A DNA stretch of 64,000 nt from an uncultured Alphaproteobacteria bacterium (GCA_902516235.1 CABXXO010000002.1:3132-67131), one strand, 5' to 3'; shown: positions 9,082 to 22,005, counted from the stretch's first letter. Notes: generated by a model not told the origin, from the sequence alone. Translations and numbers: made by a program.

Positions 9082-11238
9082 TTAATCAATTACATTGATT
9101 AATTTATCTCCAGATTTTTTGAATTTTCCTAAAAGTATAGGCCTAAATCCAAGTTTTAATTGAAATTTTTTCTCAAATTCAATTTGATCTTTTTTATGAA
9201 TAGATAATAAAAGAGGGCCATTAGTCTGAGGGTCATATAGGATATTTTTTAACTTATTACTATCAGATATTAAAATTTCATTTACGGAAGACGAATAATT
9301 ATTATCAAAACCTGTACTTTTAAAGTTTTCTAATATCCCAATATTTTTATTAATCAATATATCTTTATTGAGTTTAATTTCAGCAGATAATTTTGAAGAT
9401 TTACAAATATCTGATAAGTGAGATCCTAAACCAAATCCACTAATATCAGTTGTAATATTACTATTAAAACTTTTTGATATTTCAGATGCTTTACCATTTC
9501 CTTTCTTTAGCCATTCAAGTAAATTTTGAAAATCGATGCTTGATAGAAAGTCTGAATTATTAAAATATGCAGCTAAGAGGTACCCAGTGCCTAAAGGTTT
9601 TGAAAGATAGATAAGATCATTTTCTCGTCCTTGGTTTTTGGATACTTGTTTTTTAAAAATTCCATTCATAGTAATTGTAATACCTGGTTCCTTTGACTGG
9701 TAACTATGTCCTGAAACAATAACTGAGTCGTCTTTAATAGCTTCAGATTTTATGCCCTTCATAAAATATTCCATATAAAAGTTTTCTATTATCCCCTCTG
9801 AAAAAGGCAAGGCTTGTGAAACACTGATTGTTTGAACTGAGCCACCACTTGATAAAATATCATTTTGGGAATGTAGATAGCTAATAATACCAAAATCATA
9901 AGGATTGAGAGATATAAATAACTTTATGTGATCAATACTTTGTAACATATATGAGGAATTAGTAGTTATTCTTGATGCATCTGATAGCTCAGGATTTGAA
10001 TTTTCCTCATTTAAAAAATTAACTAAGGTTTTTTTTGAAACTTTAGATCCACATCCTTGACAATACATTTTAATATCTTTTAAATTTTCTAATTCTAGAT
10101 TTTTCTTAGTCATGCTTACGTTATTTGTAAATTTAAATTTGTTAATAAATCCCCTATCAATCCTTTCTTTTAATTTCCAGCACCATCGACCATGAAAAGA
10201 TAAGAAAAAATAGTTTAATAATGCATAATTTTTATATGTACCAACTAAATAAAGCCAATTTTTTTGTGGCTTAAATTTAATAAGCGACCTACCAGTTAAT
10301 TTTAAAAAAATATTTTCCTTTAATACCTCTCCTTGACGAACTGCCATCACTCCTGATTTTGGTCTGAAATTTTTTTCTATACTGCAGGCATCTCCTGTAA
10401 CAAAAATACTTTTATCATTAGTAGATAAGAGATTATCATTAACAGCTATAAATCCATTTTTATCTTTGTTAAGGTCACTTTTAGATAACCAATTTTCAAT
10501 ATCAGCACCAGAAGAAAGTAAACTTAAATCACACTCAAATATAAATCCATTTTTTAAAGTTAAATGTGTTTCTGTTATTGAAACAACTTCTCCTTGAATT
10601 TCTTTGATGACTAAATGATTTGATATTTTCTTTAGATATTTTTTTGTTTTTCTATTTAAGTTTTTCTCTTTTAAAATATTTTTTCCTAAAATAGTTATTT
10701 CTAAATTATTTTCATATCTTCTTAATAGGCTAAATGCTAATTCATAAGAAGCTATCCCTCCACCTATAATAGCAATTTTACTTTTTTTATTTTTTATAAT
10801 TTGATCAATCTTATTTAAATTTTTAACAAGTAAGCTAATAGGTTTTACAAAAAAACATCGAGATGAATTTTCTATTTTTATTCCTTTAGAATTTGAGGTC
10901 GAACCAGTATTGATTGACAATAAATCATAATATATTGATGGTAAATTTTGTAATTCTAATTTTTGATTGTTGGTTTCAAGCTTTACGACTTTATTTCTGA
11001 TAAATGTTGCTCCTGCATTAAAACATAGTCTTTGAAGATCTATGCTTATTTCCTCTTTGCTAAAATCTTTATGAATATATCCAGGCGTCATACCTGAATA
11101 AGTAGCCTCATAATGCTCACTAATTAGAATTGTATGAAGTCCTTTTATGTTATTCATACATAGTTTCTTTAAAACTTGAACATTAGCATGCCCACCACCT
11201 ATCAAAACTAACTGTTTAGTGAAATTATTTTCAAACAA
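9082..11238 (-). CDS. selD: FAD-dependent pyridine nucleotide-disulfide oxidoreductase fused to selenide,water dikinase
   Basis: N-half: IGGGHA, YSGM, GDA, VMAVRQG. C-half: CQGCGSKV, LSKPLGTG, TDISGFGL, DPQTNGPLL. Confidence 0.88.
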   Translation of the reverse strand: MFENNFTKQLVLIGGGHANVQVLKKLCMNNIKGLHTILISEHYEATYSGMTPGYIHKDFSKEEISIDLQRLCFNAGATFIRNKVVKLETNNQKLELQNLPSIYYDLLSINTGSTSNSKGIKIENSSRCFFVKPISLLVKNLNKIDQIIKNKKSKIAIIGGGIASYELAFSLLRRYENNLEITILGKNILKEKNLNRKTKKYLKKISNHLVIKEIQGEVVSITETHLTLKNGFIFECDLSLLSSGADIENWLSKSDLNKDKNGFIAVNDNLLSTNDKSIFVTGDACSIEKNFRPKSGVMAVRQGEVLKENIFLKLTGRSLIKFKPQKNWLYLVGTYKNYALLNYFFLSFHGRWCWKLKERIDRGFINKFKFTNNVSMTKKNLELENLKDIKMYCQGCGSKVSKKTLVNFLNEENSNPELSDASRITTNSSYMLQSIDHIKLFISLNPYDFGIISYLHSQNDILSSGGSVQTISVSQALPFSEGIIENFYMEYFMKGIKSEAIKDDSVIVSGHSYQSKEPGITITMNGIFKKQVSKNQGRENDLIYLSKPLGTGYLLAAYFNNSDFLSSIDFQNLLEWLKKGNGKASEISKSFNSNITTDISGFGLGSHLSDICKSSKLSAEIKLNKDILINKNIGILENFKSTGFDNNYSSSVNEILISDSNKLKNILYDPQTNGPLLLSIHKKDQIEFEKKFQLKLGFRPILLGKFKKSGDKLINVID

Positions 11239-11378
11239 TTATGATAGCCAATTTTTAAAAAAACGATAGACAATGAATAATTTAGCTAAGTTGTTTAAAT
11301 TTGAGCTATTTTGCATATAGGGATAATTATGTAATTAGGAGGAAATTTCAATATTTTTCATTATTTTAATGTTTTTCG

Positions 11379-11406
11379 CTTGAAACCAGAAATATATTTA
11401 CCATTT
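11379..11406 (+). promoter_or_regulatory. Putative RpoH (sigma32)-type promoter of groESL
   Basis: CTTGAA-N16-CCATTT just upstream of the CIRCE element. Confidence 0.55.
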
Positions 11407-11417
11407 ACTAATAAGAA

Positions 11418-11444
11418 TTAGCACTCTATAAAAGTGAGTGCTAA
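11418..11444 (+). promoter_or_regulatory. CIRCE element (HrcA operator)
   Basis: Exact TTAGCACTC-N9-GAGTGCTAA upstream of groES. Confidence 0.97.
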
Positions 11445-11474
11445 AAACTAAATTTTAGATATAGAGGTAAAAAA

Positions 11475-11765
11475 ATGAATTTAAAACCCTTACACGATAG
11501 AGTCTTGGTCGAAAGAGTCGAACAAGAAGATCGTACAAAAGGCGGTATCATCATTCCTGATACTGCTCAAGAAAAACCTATGGAGGGTAAAGTTATATCT
11601 GTAGGTGGTGGTGCTAGAAACGAAAACGGACAAGTTGTTCCTTTAGATGTAAAAAAAGGAGATAGAATTTTGTTTGGTAAGTGGTCTGGTACTGAAGTAA
11701 AAATTGATGCCAAAGAGCTTCTTATTATGAAGGAGTCAGACATCATGGGAATTATTGAGAAGTAA
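11475..11765 (+). CDS. groES: Co-chaperonin GroES
   Basis: [24 protein letters not shown]. Confidence 0.99.
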   Translation: MNLKPLHDRVLVERVEQEDRTKGGIIIPDTAQEKPMEGKVISVGGGARNENGQVVPLDVKKGDRILFGKWSGTEVKIDAKELLIMKESDIMGIIEK

Positions 11766-11783
11766 TTGAAAGGAATTTTATAA

Positions 11784-13442
<1,659 letters not shown>

Positions 13443-13461
13443 CTATAAATCTTTAAATACT

Positions 13462-13493
13462 AAAAAAAAGCCGCTTTATGCGGCTTTTTTTTT
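13462..13493 (+). terminator. Intrinsic terminator after groEL
   Basis: A8-GCCGC-TTTAT-GCGGC-T9. Confidence 0.92.
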
Positions 13494-13514
13494 AAGCTAA
13501 TATAATCATATTTA

Positions 13515-14615
13515 ATGAATTTTATTGAAAATTTTTACACACAAATTCTTAAAGTCTTTAGTGATGGCGTATTCGGTATAAGTTTAGGTAACTTAGCAAT
13601 TATTTTTGTATGCATAATAGTATCTTTACTAATAAGAAGTGTTGTCGCTAGAGTATTGGTAAATAAAGTAAAAAAAATAGTATCTAAAACCGGCAATAAA
13701 ATTGACGACAAGTTATTTGAAGCATTAGTTCCACCTTTTAGACTTTTGCCAATTGTAGTTGTTTTTCTTGCTATAACATTATACTTCGATATTGAATCTA
13801 CCCTTGGTCTTTACTTACAAAAAATAAACAACACCCTATCAACAATTTTTGTTTTTTGGTTAATCCATCAAGCTTTAATTCCCTTTTCAAATTTATTTAA
13901 TAAATTGGAGAAAATTTTATCCAAGGGATTGGTCTTGTGGATTGTTAAATCACTAAAATATTTAATCATTTTTTTAGGAATCGTTGCAGTTCTTGAGGTA
14001 TGGGGTATAAAAATCGGACCTGTTATTGCAGGTTTAGGCTTATTTGGTGTAGCTGTAGCATTGGGAGCCCAAGATTTATTCAAAAATTTAATTTCAGGAA
14101 TTATGATACTATTAGAAAAAAGATTTCAAATAGGTGATGTTATTAATGTTCCTGGCCATACTGAAGGAACTGTTGAACATATAGGTTTTAGGTCAACATT
14201 AATAAGAAAATTTGACTCAACACCTATAACTATTCCAAATTATATTTTTGCTGAGGCACCGATATTAAATTACACTAATAGAAATTATAGAAGAATTAAT
14301 TGGACAATAGGTCTCGAGTATAACTCAACATTGGATCAAATTAAGAAACTTACAGAAATGATAACTGCTTATTTTAAAGATAATGATGACTTTATGGTTG
14401 ACGATAACTACAAATCATTTGTCAGGATAGAGAAATTCAATGATAGTTCTATAGACATATTAGTAATTTGTTTTACTTCCACAAAAGACTGGGATAAATA
14501 TTTAGAAATTAAAGAGCAATTGGCAATAAAAATTAAAGAAAATGTTGAGAAAATAGGATTAAATTTTGCATTTCCAAGTCAGTCAATTTACATTGAAAAA
14601 ACTGAAAATTCATAG
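13515..14615 (+). CDS. mscS: Mechanosensitive ion channel MscS family protein
   Basis: AGLGLFGVAVALGAQD, GTVEHIGFRST, FAFPSQ. Confidence 0.92.
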   Translation: MNFIENFYTQILKVFSDGVFGISLGNLAIIFVCIIVSLLIRSVVARVLVNKVKKIVSKTGNKIDDKLFEALVPPFRLLPIVVVFLAITLYFDIESTLGLYLQKINNTLSTIFVFWLIHQALIPFSNLFNKLEKILSKGLVLWIVKSLKYLIIFLGIVAVLEVWGIKIGPVIAGLGLFGVAVALGAQDLFKNLISGIMILLEKRFQIGDVINVPGHTEGTVEHIGFRSTLIRKFDSTPITIPNYIFAEAPILNYTNRNYRRINWTIGLEYNSTLDQIKKLTEMITAYFKDNDDFMVDDNYKSFVRIEKFNDSSIDILVICFTSTKDWDKYLEIKEQLAIKIKENVEKIGLNFAFPSQSIYIEKTENS

Positions 14616-14637
14616 TTTAAACTTCAATCTTTAATTT

Positions 14638-15699
14638 ATGAAAAAAGTTATTCATATCTACAAAACATATAAACCCTTTACTCAAGGAGGAATTGAGGAG
14701 TATATTGATTCAATAATTAGTTATCAGAATTCTAAATTTGATTACAATTTATTAAGTATTGGCAATGTTAATCACACAAATGATAAAGTAAAAATATTTA
14801 AAAAAAGTTTTTCATTTAATTCTGATATCATATCTTTTCAGCTTTTTTTTTATTTATTTAAAAAAGTAAACAGAAAAAAAGTTATTTTGCATCTTCATAC
14901 TCCATGGCCTTCCATGGAATTATTTTTATGTATTTTTGGTTTTGAAAATATTGTAGTTACTTATCACTCGGATATTGTAAGACAAAAATTTATAAATTTT
15001 TTTTATAAAAGAATAAATATAAAATTATTAACTAAGGATAATATAAAAAAAATAATTGTTACAAGTAAAGTTTATTACGAGACAAGTAAAATATTAATGA
15101 GTCTCCCTGTATCAAAAATAAAAATTATACCAATAGGAATAGGAAGTTTAATGTCTCCTGTCAAAAATTCGCTTAATAATAAGAAAAAAAATATTCTCTT
15201 TATAGGTTCAAATAGAACTTATAAGGGTATAGATTTATTAAAAAGATTAATAAAAGAAAAAAATTTTAATATTTTAATAATCGGGTCTAATCTGAAAGAG
15301 TTAAAAAAATTTAAAAATGTAAAATTATATGAAAATGTAAGTGAAGTAGATAAGGAAAAAATTTTATCTGACTCATATTTATTACTTATGACATCTACAT
15401 CAAGGAATGAAGCATTTGGAATAGTGCTGGTTGAAGCACTTAGATCTGGAATACCTATAATTTCCCCAAAAATTAATAGTGGAGTTAGTTGGATAAATAA
15501 GCAAGATGAGACAGGTTACCAATACAATACTAAAAATTTTGATGATATGTTTGATAAAATTAATAAACTCATGAAAATTGATGAACAAAGTTACATTAAA
15601 ATGAGTAATAAAGCTCAAATTCGTTATGAAAGGTATTTTAAATTAAGTAAAATGATTGTTGAAATTGAAAAAGTTTATTCTTCAATCCCTAATAATTAA
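14638..15699 (+). CDS. Glycosyltransferase family 4
   Basis: GGIE, TYHSD, YKG, EAFGIVLVEA motifs. Confidence 0.88.
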   Translation: MKKVIHIYKTYKPFTQGGIEEYIDSIISYQNSKFDYNLLSIGNVNHTNDKVKIFKKSFSFNSDIISFQLFFYLFKKVNRKKVILHLHTPWPSMELFLCIFGFENIVVTYHSDIVRQKFINFFYKRINIKLLTKDNIKKIIVTSKVYYETSKILMSLPVSKIKIIPIGIGSLMSPVKNSLNNKKKNILFIGSNRTYKGIDLLKRLIKEKNFNILIIGSNLKELKKFKNVKLYENVSEVDKEKILSDSYLLLMTSTSRNEAFGIVLVEALRSGIPIISPKINSGVSWINKQDETGYQYNTKNFDDMFDKINKLMKIDEQSYIKMSNKAQIRYERYFKLSKMIVEIEKVYSSIPNN

Positions 15700-15737
15700 T
15701 TTTTTAATATTGAAATTAGAATCAAAAAACTTATTAA

Positions 15738-16616
15738 ATGAAAAATCTACTTAATATATCTGATATTGGTGCTGACGACCTTACAGAAATATTCAATTAT
15801 GCTGATAAATTGAACAATGAGCTTGATGAAAGTTTAATTGGAAAAAATATAGGTTTAATTTTTGAAAAAAATTCAACCAGAACAAGACTATCTTTTCAAG
15901 TTGGCATAAATCAATTAAAAGGAAATTTTATTGATATTAAACTTAATGATTTAAATATGCAAAGATTTGAGAGTTATGAAGATACTTTTGAAATCATGTC
16001 TTGTTATTTAGATTTTTTAGTTTTTAGATCAACCGACCATAAAAAACTAGAACTAGCTAGCAAGTTTTTTAAAAAGCCAATTATTAATGCTCTTTCCGAT
16101 TTATCTCATCCTTGCCAAGCAATTTCTGACCTTTACACTCTAAAAGAACATTTTGGTCGCTTAGGTAATTTTAATATAATTTGGATGGGAGATATGAACA
16201 ACGTACTTTTTAGCCTAGCTGAGGTGATGAGTTTTATTGAAAGTTCAAAAATTGATGTATTTACTGATGAAAAAATCTATGTCAACTCTCACAAAAAATT
16301 TAAAAGTTTTTCAAATATTAATTATCACTTTGAAATAAGAGACAATATTCTAAATTCTGCAGACTCTGTAATGACAGATGTTTTTAACTCAATGAATGAC
16401 ACAGATAATAAAGAGGAAATTCTAAAAAAATTTCAAGTCAATGATCAGCTCATGTCAAACACAAATAAAAATACTGTATTTATGCATTGTTTACCTGCAA
16501 AAATAGGTTCCGAAGTTACTAAAGAAGTTATTAAAGGTCCTAAATCAATAGTGCTAAAACAAGCAGAAAATAGGTTAGTTGCACAGAGAGGTATTCTTAA
16601 ATGGCTAGAAACTTAA
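15738..16616 (+). CDS. argF: Ornithine carbamoyltransferase
   Basis: STRTR, HPCQ, HCLP, QAENR. Confidence 0.9.
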   Translation: MKNLLNISDIGADDLTEIFNYADKLNNELDESLIGKNIGLIFEKNSTRTRLSFQVGINQLKGNFIDIKLNDLNMQRFESYEDTFEIMSCYLDFLVFRSTDHKKLELASKFFKKPIINALSDLSHPCQAISDLYTLKEHFGRLGNFNIIWMGDMNNVLFSLAEVMSFIESSKIDVFTDEKIYVNSHKKFKSFSNINYHFEIRDNILNSADSVMTDVFNSMNDTDNKEEILKKFQVNDQLMSNTNKNTVFMHCLPAKIGSEVTKEVIKGPKSIVLKQAENRLVAQRGILKWLET

Positions 16617-17083
16617 CAATTTTATTTTTTATTTTTTTTATTGGTTGTGAAATCAATAGTGAGCAACTCATAAAAAGTGAGAGAGTAAACTTTGAAAATG
16701 TAAAATTTAATGCTGTTTCAAAAAACTTAAATTTCAAAAATCCACAATCAGGAATTGATGTTAATTATACAAAAAATCTTATTACTGATTGGTTTAATAA
16801 CAATATTAAAACAGACGGTCTAGAAGGTACCTTAAACGTTGTCGTAAATTCAATAGATATTAAAAAAACAAGAGAAGATGAATACTATAAATTTGAAATT
16901 AATTTAAGTATCGAATTTACTGAAATTAATCAAATACTGAATAAAAGTAAAACTTATAAAGTAAATTCTTTAGATTATGGAGACATCCAAGGAAGTTTTT
17001 CAATAAATGATATAGAGAATTTAAATAAAAATATCATTTTAAAGAGCTTACAAAATATAAACAAAAAAATTATACAAATGTGA
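16601..17083 (+). CDS. Hypothetical lipoprotein
   Basis: Hydrophobic N-terminus ending in lipobox-like FIGC. Confidence 0.6.
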   Translation: MARNLTILFFIFFIGCEINSEQLIKSERVNFENVKFNAVSKNLNFKNPQSGIDVNYTKNLITDWFNNNIKTDGLEGTLNVVVNSIDIKKTREDEYYKFEINLSIEFTEINQILNKSKTYKVNSLDYGDIQGSFSINDIENLNKNIILKSLQNINKKIIQM

Positions 17084-18531
17084 TTAATTTTTCCAAAAAG
17101 ATGGAATTATCAATATTAAAATAGTTAAAAGCTCTAATCTACCAAGAAACATGGTTGCAATTAATACTAATTTTGAATAACTGTCTAATATTCCATAATT
17201 GCCATCCGGACCTATAATAGATCCTAGACCTGGACCAACATTTGAAATGGTAGTTGCTGATGCTGAAATACATGTTAAAAAATCAAGACCACTGAAAGAT
17301 AATAACAATGCTGAAATAAAAAAAGTCAAAATATAAAGAAAGAAAAAACTCATTACAGACTCATAAGTAGCTTCACTTATAATTTTTCCATTAAACCTAC
17401 TTGTACTTACTGAATGGGGTTGAAGCATTTTTTTTAAATGTAAATTTATGTACTTAAATAATATTTGAAATCTAAAAACTTTTAATCCACCAGTTGTTGA
17501 ACCAGCACAACCACCAATAAACATTAATATAAGAAATAATACTGAAGCATAATTTCCCCAATTTTCAAAATTTTCACTTATATAACCAGTTCCAGAAATT
17601 ATAGATATGGTATTAAAAGAAACAGAAATAATTTTACTAAAAAAATTTCCATCAATAAAGGTATTTGCAAAGAAAAAAATCATTGTAATAGCAATAACTA
17701 ACAATAGAAAAAAACCCTAATTTGATGGTCTTTAAAAATAGCAAATAAATTCTTTCGAGATGTTTGCACAAGCACTAAAAAAGGTAAGCTACCTAAAATC
17801 ATAAAAATTATTGCAATTACAAGAATTTTATTATTATTAAAATTAGCAAACGAGTCATCATACGTAGAAAAACCCCCAGTCGAAATAGTAGTAAAACTGT
17901 GGGCAATAGAATCAAAAAAATTCATTCCAAAAATGTAATAAAAAAATATCAATAATATTGTCAATATTGAATATATTGTAAATATTTTTTTAATTACAGA
18001 TGAAATTTTAGGTAAAGATTTATCGTAAGGATCATCTCCTTCTAAATGAAATAGTTGCATTCCACCTATTCTTAAGAAAGGTAGTATAAATAAAGCTATA
18101 ACGACTATTCCTATGCCACCTAGCCATTGTAAAAAAGACCTCCATATCAGAATTCCTCTTGGGAGCGTTTCTATATTACTTAATACTGTTGCTCCTGTAG
18201 TTGTAACACCACTCATGGACTCAAATAATGCATCAACCAATCCAAGATTAACTTTTGTGTACAAAAAAGGAACAGCACAAAGAAATGTCATAAGAAGCCA
18301 TGATAAAACAGTTATTATAAATGCCTCTTTCAAAGAGATTTTAAGATCTACATTTTTATTTGTTATTACTAGAGAGCCCCCCACGATAAGGTAAAGTAAT
18401 ATAGGCACAGCATATGATTGCCATGACTCAGTTTTATAGATTAATTCGGTTATAAGAGGTATAAATAAAAAGAAACCAACAGCACATATTACAGTGCCGC
18501 ATACCAGTGCGATAGGTTTGAGATTAAACAT
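17084..18531 (-). pseudogene. trkH: TrkH potassium uptake permease split by a 1-nt frameshift (or sequencing error)
   Basis: N-half has FESMSGVTTTG, WLGGIGI, STGGF; C-half has GGCAGSTTGGLK, NVGPG, GRLE. Adding one A to the A7 run at 17708-17714 joins the frames (RVFFLLLVIAITM). Confidence 0.85.
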
Positions 18532-18544
18532 TTATTGTTATGTT

Positions 18545-18937
18545 TTAATGAACTTTTTTTTTATTGTAAGGGCTATCTAATGAGAATGCAGGAATATCTA
18601 TTTTTAAATTTTCACCACTATCCTGAGAAACTAAATAAAAACCTTGCATTATTCCACTGTTGGTTCTCAAGGGTGTGCCACTAGTATATTCAAAGGTTTG
18701 TCCTGGTTCTATTATTGGAAACTCTCCAACAACTCCTTCACCTTGAATATTTATAACCTTGCCATTAGCATCAATAATTAACCAATTTCTATGACTAACT
18801 TTAATTGATGAGTTTCCTGAATTAGTAATATTCACTTGGTATGCCCACACATAGTGGCTTTCTTGAGGAGATGATTGATCATCTAAAAAATATGGTTTAA
18901 CAGTCACTGTAACTCCATTTGTTGTTTTAGAATACAT
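18545..18937 (-). CDS. apaG: ApaG (Co2+/Mg2+ efflux-associated protein)
   Basis: WAY, GEGVVGE, YTSG, IPAFSL. The likely start is ATG 18937 (ORF track extends to 18955). Confidence 0.95.
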   Translation of the reverse strand: MYSKTTNGVTVTVKPYFLDDQSSPQESHYVWAYQVNITNSGNSSIKVSHRNWLIIDANGKVINIQGEGVVGEFPIIEPGQTFEYTSGTPLRTNSGIMQGFYLVSQDSGENLKIDIPAFSLDSPYNKKKVH

Positions 18938-18985
18938 TATAATAATATAACCCATTTATGGGGTATATAGAATTAAATTGATAAG

Positions 18986-20656
18986 TTAAAATAGTCCTTG
19001 AATTAATCCTTTTTCATCTAGCATAATCGAATTAGCGCTTGGAACTTTCGGTAAACCCGGCATCGTCATAATTTGACCTGTTACCACAACTATAAATCCA
19101 GCCCCGGCAGATAATCTTACTTCTCTGACTGGAACAGTAAAACCAATAGGCGCACCTCTCAAAGATGGGTTTGTGGAAAAACTGTATTGTGTCTTGGCGA
19201 TACAAATAGGTAAATCTCCATAACCATTTTCTTCAAAACTTTTAAGTTGATCACTCACAGATTTATCAATAACAATATCATCAGCTCTGTATATTTTTTG
19301 AGCAACAGAACGAATTTTTTCCTTTAATGATACATTATCTTCATACATAAACTTAAAATTAGAAGGGTCACTTGCTTCACTAATTTTTACTACTTCTTCA
19401 GCTAGCTCTAAAGTACCCTCACCACCATTTGCCCAATGTGAACAAAGGATTGCTTTTACTCCCAATTTCTCACAACCATTTGAAATAACATTACTTTCTG
19501 CATCAGTATCAAGAGTAAAACTATTAATTGCTATTATTGGTTGGAGACCAAAAGATTTTATATTTTCAATATGTCGCTGCAAATTCTCAAAACCCTTTTC
19601 AACCGCAGATACATTTTCATTGTTAAGATCAGCTTTTTCAACACCACCATGAGATTTTAATGCTCTTACCGTAGCCACAATAACAACAACACTTGGAGTT
19701 AATCCAGCTTTACGACATTTTATATCTAAGAATTTTTCAGCACCTAAGTCTGCACCAAATCCAGCTTCAGTAACAACATAATCGGCAAGTTTTAAGCCTG
19801 CTTTTGTAGCTATAACTGTATTACATCCATGAGCAATATTAGCAAAAGGACCACCGTGTATAATGGCAGGATTATTTTCTAATGTTTGAACTAAATTAGG
19901 CATTAAAGCATTTTTTAATAAAACTGTCATTGGTCCATCAGCTTTTACATCTCTTGCATAAATTGGAGATTTATCTCTTTTATAAGCTATGATTATGTCA
20001 CCAATTCTTTTTTGAAGATCATTGATATCATTTGCTAAACAAAAAATTGCCATTATTTCACTTGCTACTGTAATATCAAACTTGTCTTCTCTTGGAAATC
20101 CATTTGATACTCCTCCAAGATTAACATTAACTTTTCTTAATGATCTATCACCTAAATCAACTACTCTTCCCCATGTAATTCTTCTTTGGTCAATTTTTAA
20201 TTCATTTCCCCAATAAATATGATTGTCAATTAATGATGATAAAAGATTGTGCGCAGCAGTTATTGCATGAAAGTCTCCAGTAAAGTGAAGATTTATTTCT
20301 TCCATAGGTACCACTTGAGCATAACCTCCTCCTGCAGCTCCACCCTTCATACCAAAACATGGGCCGAGACTAGGTTCTCTTAAACAAACAATGGATTTTT
20401 TTCCAATTTTGTTTAATCCATCATTTAAACCAACGGAAGTGGTTGTTTTACCCTCACCAGCAGGTGTCGGATTAATCGCAGTAACTAATATTAACTTTCC
20501 ATCAGAGTTAGATTTGCTTTTCTCAATAAAATCAAAATTTATTTTTGCTGCATCATGACCATAAGGAATAAGATTTTCCTCAGGAATATTAACTTTAGCC
20601 GCAACATCTCTTATGTGAATTTTTTTAGCAGCTCTTGCTATCTCTATATCTGACAT
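18986..20656 (-). CDS. fhs: Formate--tetrahydrofolate ligase
   Basis: [58 protein letters not shown] upstream of ATG 20656. Confidence 0.98.
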   Translation of the reverse strand: MSDIEIARAAKKIHIRDVAAKVNIPEENLIPYGHDAAKINFDFIEKSKSNSDGKLILVTAINPTPAGEGKTTTSVGLNDGLNKIGKKSIVCLREPSLGPCFGMKGGAAGGGYAQVVPMEEINLHFTGDFHAITAAHNLLSSLIDNHIYWGNELKIDQRRITWGRVVDLGDRSLRKVNVNLGGVSNGFPREDKFDITVASEIMAIFCLANDINDLQKRIGDIIIAYKRDKSPIYARDVKADGPMTVLLKNALMPNLVQTLENNPAIIHGGPFANIAHGCNTVIATKAGLKLADYVVTEAGFGADLGAEKFLDIKCRKAGLTPSVVVIVATVRALKSHGGVEKADLNNENVSAVEKGFENLQRHIENIKSFGLQPIIAINSFTLDTDAESNVISNGCEKLGVKAILCSHWANGGEGTLELAEEVVKISEASDPSNFKFMYEDNVSLKEKIRSVAQKIYRADDIVIDKSVSDQLKSFEENGYGDLPICIAKTQYSFSTNPSLRGAPIGFTVPVREVRLSAGAGFIVVVTGQIMTMPGLPKVPSANSIMLDEKGLIQGLF

Positions 20657-20683
20657 CAAAGTTTCGATCCTTTCCCAAATAAC

Positions 20684-20702
20684 TTGGTATACAATATACC
20701 AA
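20684..20702. promoter_or_regulatory. Perfect inverted repeat, GntR-family-like operator upstream of fhs
   Basis: TTGGTATA-CAA-TATACCAA in the divergent fhs/ugd intergenic region. Confidence 0.6.
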
Positions 20703-20838
20703 TAACTTCATATATATTTAAGTTATTTAAGATAAAAAAACTCATAATTCTCTATTAATTTATAGCCTATGTGTCGCATTAATATCTATTTTGCAAAAAA
20801 GTCATTGTTACATAATAAAAATTTTATACCTTTAAATT

Positions 20839-22005
20839 TTGAAAATATTAGTTATAGGGCTTGGTTATGTTGGTACCGCAAATGCAGTTCTTCTCTCACA
20901 AAAAAATGAAGTAATCTGCTTTGACACCGATTACTTAAAAATCAATAAACTCATCAATGGTATTTCACCAATAAAAGATAAAGAAATCTCAGATTATTTG
21001 TCATCAAAAAAATTAAATTTAATTTCTTCAAAAAATTATCCAATGGATATTGATAACTTTGATTTTGCAATTATTGCGACTCCAACTAATTACAATGTTG
21101 AGACAAATACATTCGATACTACTTCAATTGAGAAATCATTAGAATGTATTCATAAATCTAATTCAAATCCTACTGTAATTATTCGCTCAACCATACCTAT
21201 TGGATATATAAAAAAAATACAAATGAAATATCATGATTTTGAAATAATTTTTGTACCAGAATTTTTAAGAGAAGGTAGCGCTCTTAAAGATAGTCTTTTT
21301 CCTTCAAGAATTGTAATAGGTTCACATTCCATAAAAGGAAAAGCGTTTGCAAAACTTCTATCAGACTCCTCCTTGAATCAAAATGTTCAAATTATTCATA
21401 CAAATTCAACTGAGGCTGAATCATCAAAATTATTTTCTAATGCTTATCTCGCAATGAGAGTTGCATTTTTTAATGAATTAGACTCTTTCGCTATGTCAAG
21501 AGATTTAAATTCTCAAGAAATAATAAATGTTTTAAGTTTAGATCCAAGAATTGGAGATTTTTATAATAATCCTTCTTTTGGATATGGAGGTTATTGTTTG
21601 CCTAAAGATACAAAACAATTACTTACTAACTTTGACAAAACTCCTCAAAAAATTTTTAAAGCCATAGTTGACTCTAATGTAATTAGAAAAGATTTTATTG
21701 CTTCAGAAATTACAAAATTAAAACCTAAAATCATAGGTATTTATAAATTAGCAATGAAAGAAGGATCTGACAATATAAGAGAGTCAAGCATGCAAGGCAT
21801 AATGAAAAGAGTTAAAGCAAAAGGTATTAGAGTAATTGTTTACGAACCTTTGATAAAAGAAAAACAATTTTTTAACTCAGAGATTTATCGAGATTTAGAA
21901 TTATTTAAAAAAGATGCCGATTTAATTCTTTGTAATCGAAGTCATCCAGACTTAAAGGACGTACAAGATAAGATTTTTACAAGAGACCTGTTCAATCAAG
22001 ATTAA
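20839..22005 (+). CDS. ugd: UDP-glucose 6-dehydrogenase
   Basis: GLGYVG, PEFLREG, NPSFGYGGYCLPKD, DNIRESS. Confidence 0.95.
   Translation: MKILVIGLGYVGTANAVLLSQKNEVICFDTDYLKINKLINGISPIKDKEISDYLSSKKLNLISSKNYPMDIDNFDFAIIATPTNYNVETNTFDTTSIEKSLECIHKSNSNPTVIIRSTIPIGYIKKIQMKYHDFEIIFVPEFLREGSALKDSLFPSRIVIGSHSIKGKAFAKLLSDSSLNQNVQIIHTNSTEAESSKLFSNAYLAMRVAFFNELDSFAMSRDLNSQEIINVLSLDPRIGDFYNNPSFGYGGYCLPKDTKQLLTNFDKTPQKIFKAIVDSNVIRKDFIASEITKLKPKIIGIYKLAMKEGSDNIRESSMQGIMKRVKAKGIRVIVYEPLIKEKQFFNSEIYRDLELFKKDADLILCNRSHPDLKDVQDKIFTRDLFNQD

Noticed and set aside
11239-11316. 25-aa minus uORF ending immediately before the selD TTG in the same frame
   Set aside because: The stop is TAA, not TGA, so it is not selenocysteine readthrough. 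No SD or motif; SelD is complete without it.
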